The notes under the pieces were generated by a model, which did not search any database, had not been told where the DNA came from, and saw nothing but the letters and a program-made list of their open reading frames with translations. A stretch of 64,000 bases of DNA from Clostridia bacterium (GTDB taxonomy: Bacteria; Bacillota; Clostridia; UMGS1883; UMGS1540), in NCBI GenBank assembly GCA_045533905.1, contig JAZSIR010000016.1, positions 1 to 64,000 on the forward strand, written 5' to 3'. A program made the translations under genes and the position numbers. Shown piece by piece: positions 8,823 to 17,927 of the stretch (within the stretch, counting starts at the first letter, position 1; the number at the start of each line of letters is the position of its first letter).

Positions 8823-9509
8823 ATGAAAAGAAGCGAAATCAATGCGGCCCTTCGGGAACTGGAGGAAATGACAAAGACCTGTAAGTTTCCGTTGCCGCCG
8901 TTTTGTCATTTTACCCCCGAGGAGTGGCAGGAAAAAGGGCACGAATACGACGAAGTGCGCGAGTGCATGCTCGGTTGGGATATTACGGATTATGGCATGG
9001 GAAAGTTTGACGAGCTCGGCTTTTCTCTCATCACCATTCGAAACGGAAACCGCGCTATGCAGGATAAATACCAAAAAGTGTACGCTGAAAAGCTTTTGTA
9101 CCTGAAGGAAGGGCAGTATTCGCCGAATCATTTTCATTGGTATAAGACGGAAGATATCATAAACCGCGGCGGCGGTAATTGCCTCATCCGCGTGTATAAT
9201 AGCCTGCCGAACGAAGAAATCGATTACGATTCTCCCGTCACAGTCTACACAGACGGGCATAGCCGCGTAGTGCCTGCAGGCACGCAAATTCGTTTAACAC
9301 CCGGGGAGAGCATTTTTATCCCGCAGTATCTCTACCATGATTTTGAGGTGGAAAAAGGCACAGGTCCGGTCCTTTTAGGTGAAGTGAGCCAGTGCAATGA
9401 TGACGAAACGGACAATCGGTTCAATCCTCCGATGGGGCGTTTCCCGGCCATCGAAGAAGACGAAGAGCCGTATCGGCTTTTGTGTAACGAATATCCGCCT
9501 GCGAAATAG
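8823..9509 (+). CDS. D-lyxose/D-mannose family sugar isomerase (cupin)
   Basis: MKRSEIN, LGWDITDYG, YAEKLL, SPNHFHWYKTEDIINRGGG, GEVSQCNDDETDNRF; RBS GGAGG. Confidence 0.9.
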   Translation: MKRSEINAALRELEEMTKTCKFPLPPFCHFTPEEWQEKGHEYDEVRECMLGWDITDYGMGKFDELGFSLITIRNGNRAMQDKYQKVYAEKLLYLKEGQYSPNHFHWYKTEDIINRGGGNCLIRVYNSLPNEEIDYDSPVTVYTDGHSRVVPAGTQIRLTPGESIFIPQYLYHDFEVEKGTGPVLLGEVSQCNDDETDNRFNPPMGRFPAIEEDEEPYRLLCNEYPPAK

Positions 9510-9522
9510 GGAGGGTAAAAAA

Positions 9523-10479
9523 ATGTATGATGTAATTGCCATCGGCGAAGTTCTTATCGATTTTGCGGCAAAAAGCACGGATGCGGACGGCTATCCCACC
9601 ATGTGCGCAAACCCCGGCGGCGCCCCGGCAAACTTTTTGGCGGCGGCAAGTGCATATGGCGCCAAAACGGCTTTTATCGGTAAGGTGGGCGAGGATACCT
9701 TCGGGCATCTTCTTATAAACACGCTCGAAAAAGCGGGAATAGATACAAAAGGCATCGCTTTGGACCCTTCTGTTTTCACAACGCTTGCGTTTGTAACTTT
9801 AGACGCGGCGGGCGACCGCGCCTTTAGCTTTGCCCGAAAACCGGGCGCGGACACGAAGCTTTCCTGGGAGGATGTGGACACCGATATGCTGGATGCGGCG
9901 AAGGTAGTACACTTTGGAACGCTGAGCCTTACGGACGAACCGGCGAAAACCGCCACGAAAGAAACGATTGCCTACGCAAAAGAGCATGGCAAACTCGTAA
10001 CCTTTGACCCGAATCTTCGAAAACCGCTTTGGCGGAGTATGGAGGAAGCAAAAGAAGCGATGCTTTGGGGTCTTACCGTGGCGGATGTAGTGAAGATTAG
10101 CGATGAAGAAGTGGAATTTCTCTGGAATGTAAGGCCTGAGGAGGGCGCGGAGAAACTCCTTTCGGAATATGGCGTGCGGCTTGCGATGGTAACGCGCGGC
10201 AAAAACGGATGCATTCTCAAAAACAGGAGGGCGGAGGTGCGCATCCATAGTCCGCACGTAGCGCCTATCGATACCACAGGCGCAGGCGATATCTTCGGCG
10301 GCAGCGCCCTTTCACGCATTTTAGAGCTTTCGAAGGATGTGTCACTTCTTGACGAAGAAGACCTTCTTTATATCGGCCGTTTTGCCACGGCGGCGGCAAG
10401 CCTTTCTACGGAACGCGCAGGGGGCATACCGAGTATCCCTCCTAAAGATGAAGTGCTTACTTGTATGGAAAAAATATAA
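9523..10479 (+). CDS. PfkB family carbohydrate kinase (fructokinase-like)
   Basis: GGAPANF, FDPNLR, DTTGAGDIFGG; start set at ATG 9523 after GGAGGG. Confidence 0.93.
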   Translation: MYDVIAIGEVLIDFAAKSTDADGYPTMCANPGGAPANFLAAASAYGAKTAFIGKVGEDTFGHLLINTLEKAGIDTKGIALDPSVFTTLAFVTLDAAGDRAFSFARKPGADTKLSWEDVDTDMLDAAKVVHFGTLSLTDEPAKTATKETIAYAKEHGKLVTFDPNLRKPLWRSMEEAKEAMLWGLTVADVVKISDEEVEFLWNVRPEEGAEKLLSEYGVRLAMVTRGKNGCILKNRRAEVRIHSPHVAPIDTTGAGDIFGGSALSRILELSKDVSLLDEEDLLYIGRFATAAASLSTERAGGIPSIPPKDEVLTCMEKI

Positions 10480-10514
10480 AAAGAGGCTGAAAACATATGT
10501 TTTCAGCCTCTTTT
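10479..10514. terminator. Bidirectional terminator
   Basis: AAAAGAGGCTGAAAAC-ATAT-GTTTTCAGCCTCTTTT between convergent genes. Confidence 0.85.
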
Positions 10515-11384
10515 CTACTTCGAAGAGGAACGCCTTGCAAGCTCGCGGTAGGCAAGCGGCGTCATAAGTTGCGCACGCTTAAAAACCTGAATAAAATACG
10601 AGGGACTTTCAAAACCGCAGGCGACGCTTACTTCTTGCACCGATTTTCCGGCTGACAGCAGAAGACAGGCGTTGGAAATGCGCACGGCATTTAAGTAGTT
10701 AAAGTATGTCATCCCCGTGAGGGATTTAAAAACGCTGCAAAAATGGTGTTTGCTGTAGCCCATAAAAGCCGCCACATCATCGAGCTTGATTTTTTCGTGG
10801 AAGTGTGCATCCGTCCACGAAACAAGTGCCTGCAAACCGGCATTATTTAAAGACGGAGGTGCCTCGGAAGACTTTTCGGCTTCATAGAGCGTGAAGTGGT
10901 GCACAAGGCTTAAAAGCGTGGGAATGCAAAACGCTAAATCTGCATCGTTTTCTATAAGCGTATTTAAAAACTTCCGGCATCCGTCATAGTCGGGGCATAT
11001 GCGCACGGCTTCCTCAATACTGCAGCTGAAAAGCGAAAAATAACGGTCAAGGTTCATGTAATGGGCAAAATGCGGCAGGCTGATTTTCAGCACTATCATT
11101 TCACCGCTACATGCGCGGATGTCATTCGAATGTACAATCTTCGGAGGAATAATAAACACCTGTTTTCCGCCGAGCTCGTATGTGGTGTCTTCAATAAAAA
11201 GTGTGCCCGAAAGGTTTTCGCAAAACAGAATTTCGATAGCCTTTGCATAGTGAAGTGGCACAATGTCATTTGACGGGAACCGCTTAAAGCAGATGCTGTA
11301 AGGCGCCTCAAGGGAAAAAACATCTTGTTCCTCAAAGGTGTTTGGCCTTTTGAGACAGTCATAATCGTATGAAATTTTGTTCAT
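10515..11384 (-). CDS. AraC family transcriptional regulator
   Basis: PLHYAKAIEI cupin; YSKHHFCSVFK...CGFESPSYFIQVFK HTH; start MNKISY after GAGGAA. Confidence 0.9.
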   Translation of the reverse strand: MNKISYDYDCLKRPNTFEEQDVFSLEAPYSICFKRFPSNDIVPLHYAKAIEILFCENLSGTLFIEDTTYELGGKQVFIIPPKIVHSNDIRACSGEMIVLKISLPHFAHYMNLDRYFSLFSCSIEEAVRICPDYDGCRKFLNTLIENDADLAFCIPTLLSLVHHFTLYEAEKSSEAPPSLNNAGLQALVSWTDAHFHEKIKLDDVAAFMGYSKHHFCSVFKSLTGMTYFNYLNAVRISNACLLLSAGKSVQEVSVACGFESPSYFIQVFKRAQLMTPLAYRELARRSSSK

Positions 11385-11504
11385 GCCACTTCCTCCTCTC
11401 GCGCATCTTACTAAAAGTATAGCACTTCTCGCTGCAAAAAGCAAGAAACTTTCGCAAAAGACAAGCGCCACGCGATATCGCGCCGAATTTAAACGGGAAT
11501 AGTA

Positions 11505-11533
11505 TTGACAAAATGGGAGAAATATGGTACAAT
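11505..11533 (+). promoter_or_regulatory. SigA promoter of TIM-SIS-YjbQ operon
   Basis: TTGACA-17nt-TACAAT with extended TG. Confidence 0.75.
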
Positions 11534-11597
11534 ACCAGAAACGAAAGAGAATTAAAAGCGGAAGAAAACAAAACGAAACTAAAATAGGAGGGAAAGT

Positions 11598-12299
11598 ATG
11601 TATAAAGGTATCACAATTAAACCGCCGTTTTTCGAAGTAGGCCCCAAGGCATATCTCTACGGAGAGGAAATGCTGGCGCTTGCAAAGGTAATTGATAAAA
11701 CGGCCATGAAATATGATGTAGACGTTATTGTAACGCCGCAGTACACCGATATTAAACTTCTTGCGGATAACACCGAGAGAATTTTGGTGTTTGCACAGCA
11801 TATGGATTCTCTGCCGATCGGCCGTGGCCTTGGCAGCGTTTTACCGGAAGCCGTAAAGGCGGCAGGTGCTGTGGGCGTTATGTTAAACCATGCAGAAAAG
11901 CCGATTTCTTTTGAAGAAATTGAAAAAACCATCAGGCGTGCCGACGAAGTGGGCCTTGCCACCATCGTTTGTGCCGACACGGTAGAAGATGTAAAGGCCA
12001 TTGCCAAAATGGGCCCGAACCTCATCGTAGCCGAGCCGACAGACCTTATCGGCACCGGCCAGACGAGTGATTCAAACTACGTGCTCGACACGATCCGCAC
12101 CGTAAACGAAATCAATCCTGATATTATGGTACTGCAGGGCGCAGGCATTTCGAACGGTCAGGACGTATATAACACCATAAAGCTTGGCGCACAGGCCACG
12201 GGCTCTACAAGCGGCATTATCAAAGCGGCGGATCCCTATGCTATGGTAGAAGAAATGCTTTACAATCTCAGAAAGGCATGGGACGAACTTCACAAATGA
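11598..12299 (+). CDS. Triose-phosphate isomerase family protein (short, archaeal-type paralog)
   Basis: GPKAY (Lys), FAQHMD, LNHAEK (His), VAEPTDLIGTG (Glu), GAGIS; 233 aa. Confidence 0.87.
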   Translation: MYKGITIKPPFFEVGPKAYLYGEEMLALAKVIDKTAMKYDVDVIVTPQYTDIKLLADNTERILVFAQHMDSLPIGRGLGSVLPEAVKAAGAVGVMLNHAEKPISFEEIEKTIRRADEVGLATIVCADTVEDVKAIAKMGPNLIVAEPTDLIGTGQTSDSNYVLDTIRTVNEINPDIMVLQGAGISNGQDVYNTIKLGAQATGSTSGIIKAADPYAMVEEMLYNLRKAWDELHK

Positions 12300-12892
12300 G
12301 AGAAGAAGCGAAAGCGGCGGCTATAAACGCATATAAAATTGAAAGTGAATGCCTTATGGAAATGCTTTCGTATTTTGATGAGGACGCGTTTTCAAAGGCA
12401 GTAGAGCTTCTTGCGGGTGCTACGCGCATCGGCACCTGCGGTTGCGGCCATTCCGGCATTATGTGCCAGCATTTCTCGCACCTACTTTGCTGCATTGAGC
12501 GCCCTTCGCGCTTTATTTCGCCGGCAGAAGCCGTGCACGGCGCAACAGGCTTTTTAGAGGCGGGGGACGTAATGGTATTCGCTTCCCGCGGCGGCAAAAC
12601 GAAAGAGCTTTTGCCGATTATGGAAATCTGCAAAAAGAAAAATGTGAAAACGATTACCATCACGGAAAATCTCGAATCTCCGCTCGCACTCGATGCCGAT
12701 GTTGTGTTAAAGCAGTACGTTAATCGCGAAACTGATAAGTACAATGCACAAGGCACAACCTCATCCACCGCGCTTTGCATGATTTTCCATGCACTGCAGA
12801 CGGCGCTGATTGAGGAAACCGATTACCAAAATGAACAATTTGCCTTAATCCATCCCGGCGGGGCCGTGGGGGAAAGGCTAAATAAAAAATAG
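12296..12892 (+). CDS. SIS domain sugar-phosphate isomerase (KpsF/GutQ-like, no CBS)
   Basis: GCGHSG, PAEAVHG, ASRGGKTKE, TTSSTA, FALIHPGGAVG; ATGA overlap with TIM gene. Confidence 0.88.
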   Translation: MREEAKAAAINAYKIESECLMEMLSYFDEDAFSKAVELLAGATRIGTCGCGHSGIMCQHFSHLLCCIERPSRFISPAEAVHGATGFLEAGDVMVFASRGGKTKELLPIMEICKKKNVKTITITENLESPLALDADVVLKQYVNRETDKYNAQGTTSSTALCMIFHALQTALIEETDYQNEQFALIHPGGAVGERLNKK

Positions 12893-12904
12893 GAGGAAAG
12901 AAAA

Positions 12905-13525
12905 ATGGAATTTAAAGTGTATCAGAAAGAACTGGAATTACAATCGAGAGGTTGGATTCCCACATTTCACGATGTGTCGAAGGAAATTATCGAAATCGTA
13001 AAGGCTTCCGGCGTTAAGAACGGTACTGTATGTATCGCTTCCCACCACACCACCTGCTCTGTTATGATTCAGGAATGCTCGCACGATATCGATTCTTTTG
13101 ACCTCGAATTTTTGCAGCATGACCTTCTCGACATCATGCGCAAAATGATTCCGGACTTTGCAGAAGAACATCAGTACCGTCATCCGGGCCCGATTCACGC
13201 ACAGTTCGGCAGATACGTAAACGAACCCGGCGACTACACCAGTATGAACACAGACGGTCACCTTCGCAGCGTTTTCTTCGGCAGAAGCGAAACGATGACG
13301 ATTAAGGACGGCGTCCTCGATGGCGGCGAATTTGCCCACATCTACTTCATCGACTGGGACCATGTACGCGCCCGTCGCCGTCAGCTCAATGTAACCGTTA
13401 TGGGTACCACAGAGGATGTAGAAGACAGAAAGTGGAATAACGGCGAAGTGATCAACACACTCCACAAGTACACCGACGAAGAAAAGGCATACGATGTGCA
13501 CTACGATCTGCAGCTGAAGAGATAA
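12905..13525 (+). CDS. YjbQ family (UPF0047) protein
   Basis: SHHTTCSVMIQE, NTDGHLRS, DGVLDGGEFAHIYFIDWD..R.R motifs. Confidence 0.85.
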   Translation: MEFKVYQKELELQSRGWIPTFHDVSKEIIEIVKASGVKNGTVCIASHHTTCSVMIQECSHDIDSFDLEFLQHDLLDIMRKMIPDFAEEHQYRHPGPIHAQFGRYVNEPGDYTSMNTDGHLRSVFFGRSETMTIKDGVLDGGEFAHIYFIDWDHVRARRRQLNVTVMGTTEDVEDRKWNNGEVINTLHKYTDEEKAYDVHYDLQLKR

Positions 13526-13538
13526 CAGAAGAAATCAA

Positions 13539-13568
13539 AAAGAGCTCTCGAATTTTCGAGAGCTCTTT
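13539..13568. terminator. Bidirectional terminator
   Basis: AAAGAGCTCTCGAA-TT-TTCGAGAGCTCTTT. Confidence 0.8.
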
Positions 13569-13579
13569 ATATTTGCTTT

Positions 13580-14275
13580 TTAGATGATGCGCCGTGCCGC
13601 ATACAGCGTGCGGTTGGCCATACTGTCGATACTGATTGTTCTGCCCGTTTGCGGCGCGTGGATGTACTGGTTATTTCCTACATAGATGCCCACATGGCCT
13701 GCACTGCGGAAGAAGACAAGGTCGCCGGGGGCGAGGTTTGCGCGGGAAACAGAACGTCCCATCGCAATCTGCGAGTAGGTTGTACGCGGCAGATAGATGC
13801 CGAAATGGCGGAATACATACTGCACAAAGCCGCTGCAGTCAAAGCCTGCGGGCGTGGTGCCACCCCAAACGTAGGGAACACCGAGGAAGTTCTTCGAGTA
13901 TGCAATAATCTGCGAAGCGAGCGAGGCATTCGGTGCTGCTGTATACGAACCGGAGGAAGAGGAACTCCTACCCGAGGAGGAACGTGCTACCGGTGTCGGA
14001 TCGGGAACAAGGCTTCTGTCAAAAACGATTAAATCCTTGTGCACATATCCGATCTTGTCTTCAATACGGACTTTGCACCAGGAACCTTCTGTGGTGATAA
14101 CGGTGACGGGATCTGCAAGATAAATTTCAGTCAGAATTTTCGCGTCCATCGCCGGCACCTGGCGGACGTTGATAACATCGCCTGCCGCAAAGCCGGTGGT
14201 ATCGGCGAGGGCGGTAAATCCGAAAAGAAGCATACCGGCCACAAATAAAACTAGGAAAACGGCAAATTTTTTCAT
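13580..14275 (-). CDS. SH3b + NlpC/P60 peptidoglycan endopeptidase
   Basis: Signal peptide, INVRQ SH3b, Ser-rich linker, PYVWGG...FDCSGF...HVGIY...IHA. Confidence 0.93.
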   Translation of the reverse strand: MKKFAVFLVLFVAGMLLFGFTALADTTGFAAGDVINVRQVPAMDAKILTEIYLADPVTVITTEGSWCKVRIEDKIGYVHKDLIVFDRSLVPDPTPVARSSSGRSSSSSGSYTAAPNASLASQIIAYSKNFLGVPYVWGGTTPAGFDCSGFVQYVFRHFGIYLPRTTYSQIAMGRSVSRANLAPGDLVFFRSAGHVGIYVGNNQYIHAPQTGRTISIDSMANRTLYAARRII

Positions 14276-14342
14276 AAAAACCTCCGTAGAAAACCAAGAT
14301 GCATTTTAGTATACCATACCTTTTAAGGCTTGTCAAATCAGA

Positions 14343-14960
14343 TTAGAAAAGGCGGCGTACTGTCGAAATCGGTCGGTTTAAGGGATCGACGGAAACACTG
14401 CGGCCTGTCTGCGGCGCGTGGATATATGTACCGTTTCCGGCGTAGATGCCTACATGGCCGCCGCCGCGGAAAACGATAAGGTCACCGATCTGCATATCTT
14501 CGATGCTTACGGGTGTGCCCGAGTACATCTGCGAATAGGATGTACGCGGAAGAGATACGCCAAAGTTTGCATATACATATTTGGTGAAACCGCTGCAGTC
14601 AAAGCCGTAAGGGGAGGAACCACCGTATACATATGGAACGCCGAGGAAGCTTTTGGCGTATTCCAAAACAGCATCGCCCATAGTAGCTGCAGCCGTCTCG
14701 GCGGCCTCATCGGGTGTTACGGAGACATAGTTTCCGTAAATGTAACCGGTTTTGTCACCCATAAGAATGCGACACCAGCCACTTTCATAGCCGACAACCG
14801 TAACATTCTCGCCGTAGAAAAGCTGACCTATAACGCCGGCGCCGGGTGCTTCGCGCACATTCAGAACGCTTGCTGTAACCGTGCCGGTATCCGCCAGAGC
14901 GGCGGTGGATGTAAATAAAACGATAGCGGCAGTCAGTACCGCACAAACTTGCTTTTTCAT
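14343..14960 (-). CDS. SH3b + NlpC/P60 peptidoglycan endopeptidase (tandem paralog)
   Basis: Signal peptide, LNVRE SH3b, PYVYGG...FDCSGF...HVGIY...IHAP. Confidence 0.93.
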   Translation of the reverse strand: MKKQVCAVLTAAIVLFTSTAALADTGTVTASVLNVREAPGAGVIGQLFYGENVTVVGYESGWCRILMGDKTGYIYGNYVSVTPDEAAETAAATMGDAVLEYAKSFLGVPYVYGGSSPYGFDCSGFTKYVYANFGVSLPRTSYSQMYSGTPVSIEDMQIGDLIVFRGGGHVGIYAGNGTYIHAPQTGRSVSVDPLNRPISTVRRLF

Positions 14961-15017
14961 AAAAAGTCCTTTCTTTTTGCTGAAGAAATTTGCGCCAGTT
15001 TCTCATTCAACAAGCTT

Positions 15018-15046
15018 AAGTATAACACAAATATTTCATTTTGTCA
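15018..15046 (-). promoter_or_regulatory. SigA promoter of NlpC/P60 gene
   Basis: TTGACA-17nt-TATACT; a second TTGACA-17-TATACT lies at ~14308-14336 for the downstream paralog. Confidence 0.7.
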
Positions 15047-15224
15047 AACTTTTTTAACAATTTATTCAATTTGAGCCAAACAAATTGTAGGGAATAACGA
15101 GAGAAATTCCCATAAAACGGGCGTTTTGGTGTAAAAAAGCAAAAATAAAAATGTAATAATTTATGTCTTGTAATTTTGTGAAATTTTTGGTATGCTATAA
15201 GAAAACGAGAGAAAGAGGAAGCGT

Positions 15225-16211
15225 ATGGCATATATATTAGGAATAGAATCCTCCTGCGATGAAACAGCGGCCTCCGTTACGCTTGACGGGCGCACCGTTT
15301 TAAGCGACGTTGTATATTCGCAGGCAGACATACATAAAAAATATGGTGGCGTAGTGCCGGAGATTGCTTCCCGCAATCATATTCTGTCTGTAACGCAGGT
15401 TATTGAGGAAGCGATTGAGAAGGCAGGCATTAAAAAGGAAGAACTGGATGCTGTGGCCGTCACGGTGCGCCCGGGTCTTATCGGGGCGCTCCTTGTGGGA
15501 CTTTCTGCAGCAAAGGGGTTTGCATATGCTCTTGGGAAACCGCTTGTCCCTGTAAATCATCTGCACGGGCATATTGCCGCAAATTATATTGCGCATCCGA
15601 AGCTCCGGCCGCCTTTTATTTGCCTTGTCGCTTCCGGCGGCCACAGCCACGTGGTACGCGTAACGGACTATAATCAGTTTACCGTACTCGGCGCTACGAT
15701 GGATGATGCCGCAGGCGAAGCCTTTGATAAGGTGGCAAGAGTACTCGGCCTTGGTTATCCCGGCGGTCCGCTTGTAAGCGCGTGCGCCGAAGGCGGGAAG
15801 GCAAGTATTGCATTTCCGCGTCCGATACAGGGGCTTGATTTCAGTTTCAGCGGCGTGAAAACGGCCGTAATTAATTATGTACACCGCGCCGAGCAAAAGG
15901 GGGAACCGATTATAAAAGAAGATATCGCAGCTTCTTTTGAAACTGCGATTGTGGATGTCCTCCGGACGGTTACGATGGAAGCCGCCAAAAGGGAAGGTAT
16001 TTCCAAAATTGCGCTTGCCGGTGGCGTTGCGGCAAATAAATGCCTTAGGAAAGCACTTTTGGAGGCGGCGGAAAAGGAAGGCATGCAAATGTATATGCCG
16101 CCACTGCCGCTTTGTACCGACAACGGCGCAATGATCTCCTGCGCCGGCTATTATGCCTATCGCGCAGGCGCGCGCGGAGATCTTTCCCAGAACGCTTTCG
16201 CATCTTTATAA
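15225..16211 (+). CDS. tsaD: tRNA N6-adenosine threonylcarbamoyltransferase TsaD
   Basis: GIESSCDET, GGVVPEIASRNH, NHLHGH, SGGHS, DDAAGEAFDK, CTDNGAMI. Confidence 0.97.
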   Translation: MAYILGIESSCDETAASVTLDGRTVLSDVVYSQADIHKKYGGVVPEIASRNHILSVTQVIEEAIEKAGIKKEELDAVAVTVRPGLIGALLVGLSAAKGFAYALGKPLVPVNHLHGHIAANYIAHPKLRPPFICLVASGGHSHVVRVTDYNQFTVLGATMDDAAGEAFDKVARVLGLGYPGGPLVSACAEGGKASIAFPRPIQGLDFSFSGVKTAVINYVHRAEQKGEPIIKEDIAASFETAIVDVLRTVTMEAAKREGISKIALAGGVAANKCLRKALLEAAEKEGMQMYMPPLPLCTDNGAMISCAGYYAYRAGARGDLSQNAFASL

Positions 16212-16311
16212 GACCAGTAAAAGGGGCCCGAATTCGCAAAAACCGAATGGGGCCCCTTATATATAAACAGCCGGGCTGTACAGTACAGTGTATGAAAGGA
16301 AGGGAGAAACC

Positions 16312-17049
16312 GTGACCGCTATGCACGAAATCATAAAAACGCCAAACCTGCCGGAAAAACCGGTAACTTTGGCCGTTTCGGCTGTGCCCATCGAGGGCGT
16401 CCGGTGCATTACGCCGCCCTGCCTTTCTTTTTTGCCGTCGGCGATGGGACGGCATGCGGACCTGCAGCTTTGCCACCTTGGCGGCAGTTTTATTCTGGCC
16501 GCGCCCGAGGTGTTCTCTTTTTATGAAGAAACCCTTTCGCCGTATGGCTTTTCCGTACTTTGCGGTGAAACCCATTTGCAAAGTACCTACCCGGGGGATG
16601 CCGCATATACTATAGCGAGAATTGGGAATGTGGCCATTCATAACCCCGAAATTACGGATCCTGTGGCGCTTCGCTTTTTTGAAAAGCACGGCATTTCCGT
16701 CATTCCGGTGCGGCAGGGGTATGCCAAATGTATGGTGGTGCCCGTGGATGAAACCTCGCTGATTACGGCTGACCGGGGCGTTGCCCGCGCGGCCCGCGCG
16801 GCGGGCCTTTCTGTTTTGGAAATTGCAGAGGGCGGCGTGGAACTTTCCGGCTTTCCGTATGGATTTTTAGGCGGGGCATCCGGAAAAACGGCGGCAGATA
16901 CGCTTTTTTTCACCGGAAAAATTTCTGCACACCCTTCATATGCAAATATTAAAAATTTTTTAGACGAAAGAGGCATAAAAATCAGAGAAGGACGCATTCC
17001 TATATCCGTAGACATCGGTTCTGTCCTGCCGCTTGTGACGACAGGATAG
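16312..17049 (+). CDS. Conserved hypothetical protein (DUF6873/GME-fold-like)
   Basis: HADLQLCHLG, YPGDAAY, VRQGYAKC, ITAD.G, YGFLGGASG, DIGS typical of a clostridial family; start GTG 16312 or ATG 16321. Confidence 0.65.
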   Translation: MTAMHEIIKTPNLPEKPVTLAVSAVPIEGVRCITPPCLSFLPSAMGRHADLQLCHLGGSFILAAPEVFSFYEETLSPYGFSVLCGETHLQSTYPGDAAYTIARIGNVAIHNPEITDPVALRFFEKHGISVIPVRQGYAKCMVVPVDETSLITADRGVARAARAAGLSVLEIAEGGVELSGFPYGFLGGASGKTAADTLFFTGKISAHPSYANIKNFLDERGIKIREGRIPISVDIGSVLPLVTTG

Positions 17050-17067
17050 AGGGAAAGGAGCAGGCGG

Positions 17068-17859
17068 ATGCCGCACAGTTTAACGGTTTTAGGGCATATT
17101 CCGGATGGGGATATGCCGGACGTTTGTGGCGTGGAAATAGAAAAGGATGCGGATGGTGTCACCTTTACCACCGCATCGGAGGATGATATGCGGCGGCTGA
17201 AACGTATTCTCGCGGCGGAGATGGCCGAGAAAATTACAAAAGAACACGAGGAAAAAAGCCTTACGGCCTTCATCACGGCGGCACATCCCTATTTTCTGCC
17301 CGAGGAACGATGCGAAATTCTGGAGGCTGCCCGCACGGCAGTTTCCAAAACGCCGCCTGCCGTACGAACGGAATTTATCGAAAGACGGCTCTATCATTTT
17401 CTTTCGCATTCCTCCGTTCTTTCACTGGAAGGCTTTGTAAAGTTTCGTCTCAAAGAGTACACGGCACTACTGAAAAAGGCGGCAACTGCCGCGGTGGATG
17501 TGTATCTTGCCGAGAAAGAATATGCGGAATTTATTACGCTTTTGCAGCTTTTTATTTCCACAAGGGAATCGGGAATCGCGGCCATACACGTCCTTTGTGC
17601 GGACGGGCAGTATGTCCTCTTTTCGGAAAGCGGTGAAAAGCTGCCCGAAAGTTTTGACGAGGATTTTTGGGGTGATGCGCCGCTTACGGAGGATGACCGC
17701 CTCCTCAGCACGCTTCTCACCCTTGTGCCGCAGAGAGTTATCTTTCACGGCCCCCTTGATATTTGGAATGTCCGTCTTCTTCATACAGTGATGCAGGTTT
17801 TCGAGGGCAGAGTGCATCTTTGCCATACGTGCGCTCTTTGCAAAAATCCGCGCTTGTGA
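17068..17859 (+). CDS. ytxC: Putative sporulation protein YtxC
   Basis: LEGFVKFRLKEY, EKEYAEFITLL, DDRLLSTLLTLVP.RVIFH, VFEGRV..C..C.LC. Confidence 0.85.
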   Translation: MPHSLTVLGHIPDGDMPDVCGVEIEKDADGVTFTTASEDDMRRLKRILAAEMAEKITKEHEEKSLTAFITAAHPYFLPEERCEILEAARTAVSKTPPAVRTEFIERRLYHFLSHSSVLSLEGFVKFRLKEYTALLKKAATAAVDVYLAEKEYAEFITLLQLFISTRESGIAAIHVLCADGQYVLFSESGEKLPESFDEDFWGDAPLTEDDRLLSTLLTLVPQRVIFHGPLDIWNVRLLHTVMQVFEGRVHLCHTCALCKNPRL

Positions 17860-17869
17860 TAAAAAAAGC

Positions 17870-17898
17870 TTGCAACAGGAAGAAAAAAATGGTATAAT
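17870..17898 (+). promoter_or_regulatory. SigA promoter
   Basis: TTGCAA-17nt-TATAAT with extended TG. Confidence 0.7.
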
Positions 17899-17927
17899 AA
17901 CCCTAATAAAAAACGGGAGGTTTTATC

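Noticed and set aside
11471-11482. Palindrome CGCGATATCGCG between divergent promoters
   Set aside because: Only 12 bp, and AraC proteins usually bind direct repeats; insufficient support.
11385-11801. N-terminal extension of the AraC ORF in the track
   Set aside because: Overlaps the TIM gene and divergent promoters; real start at 11384 has an RBS.
14961-15017. Possible c-di-AMP (ydaO) riboswitch before the NlpC/P60 gene
   Set aside because: The leader is only ~50 nt, far too short; just one hairpin.
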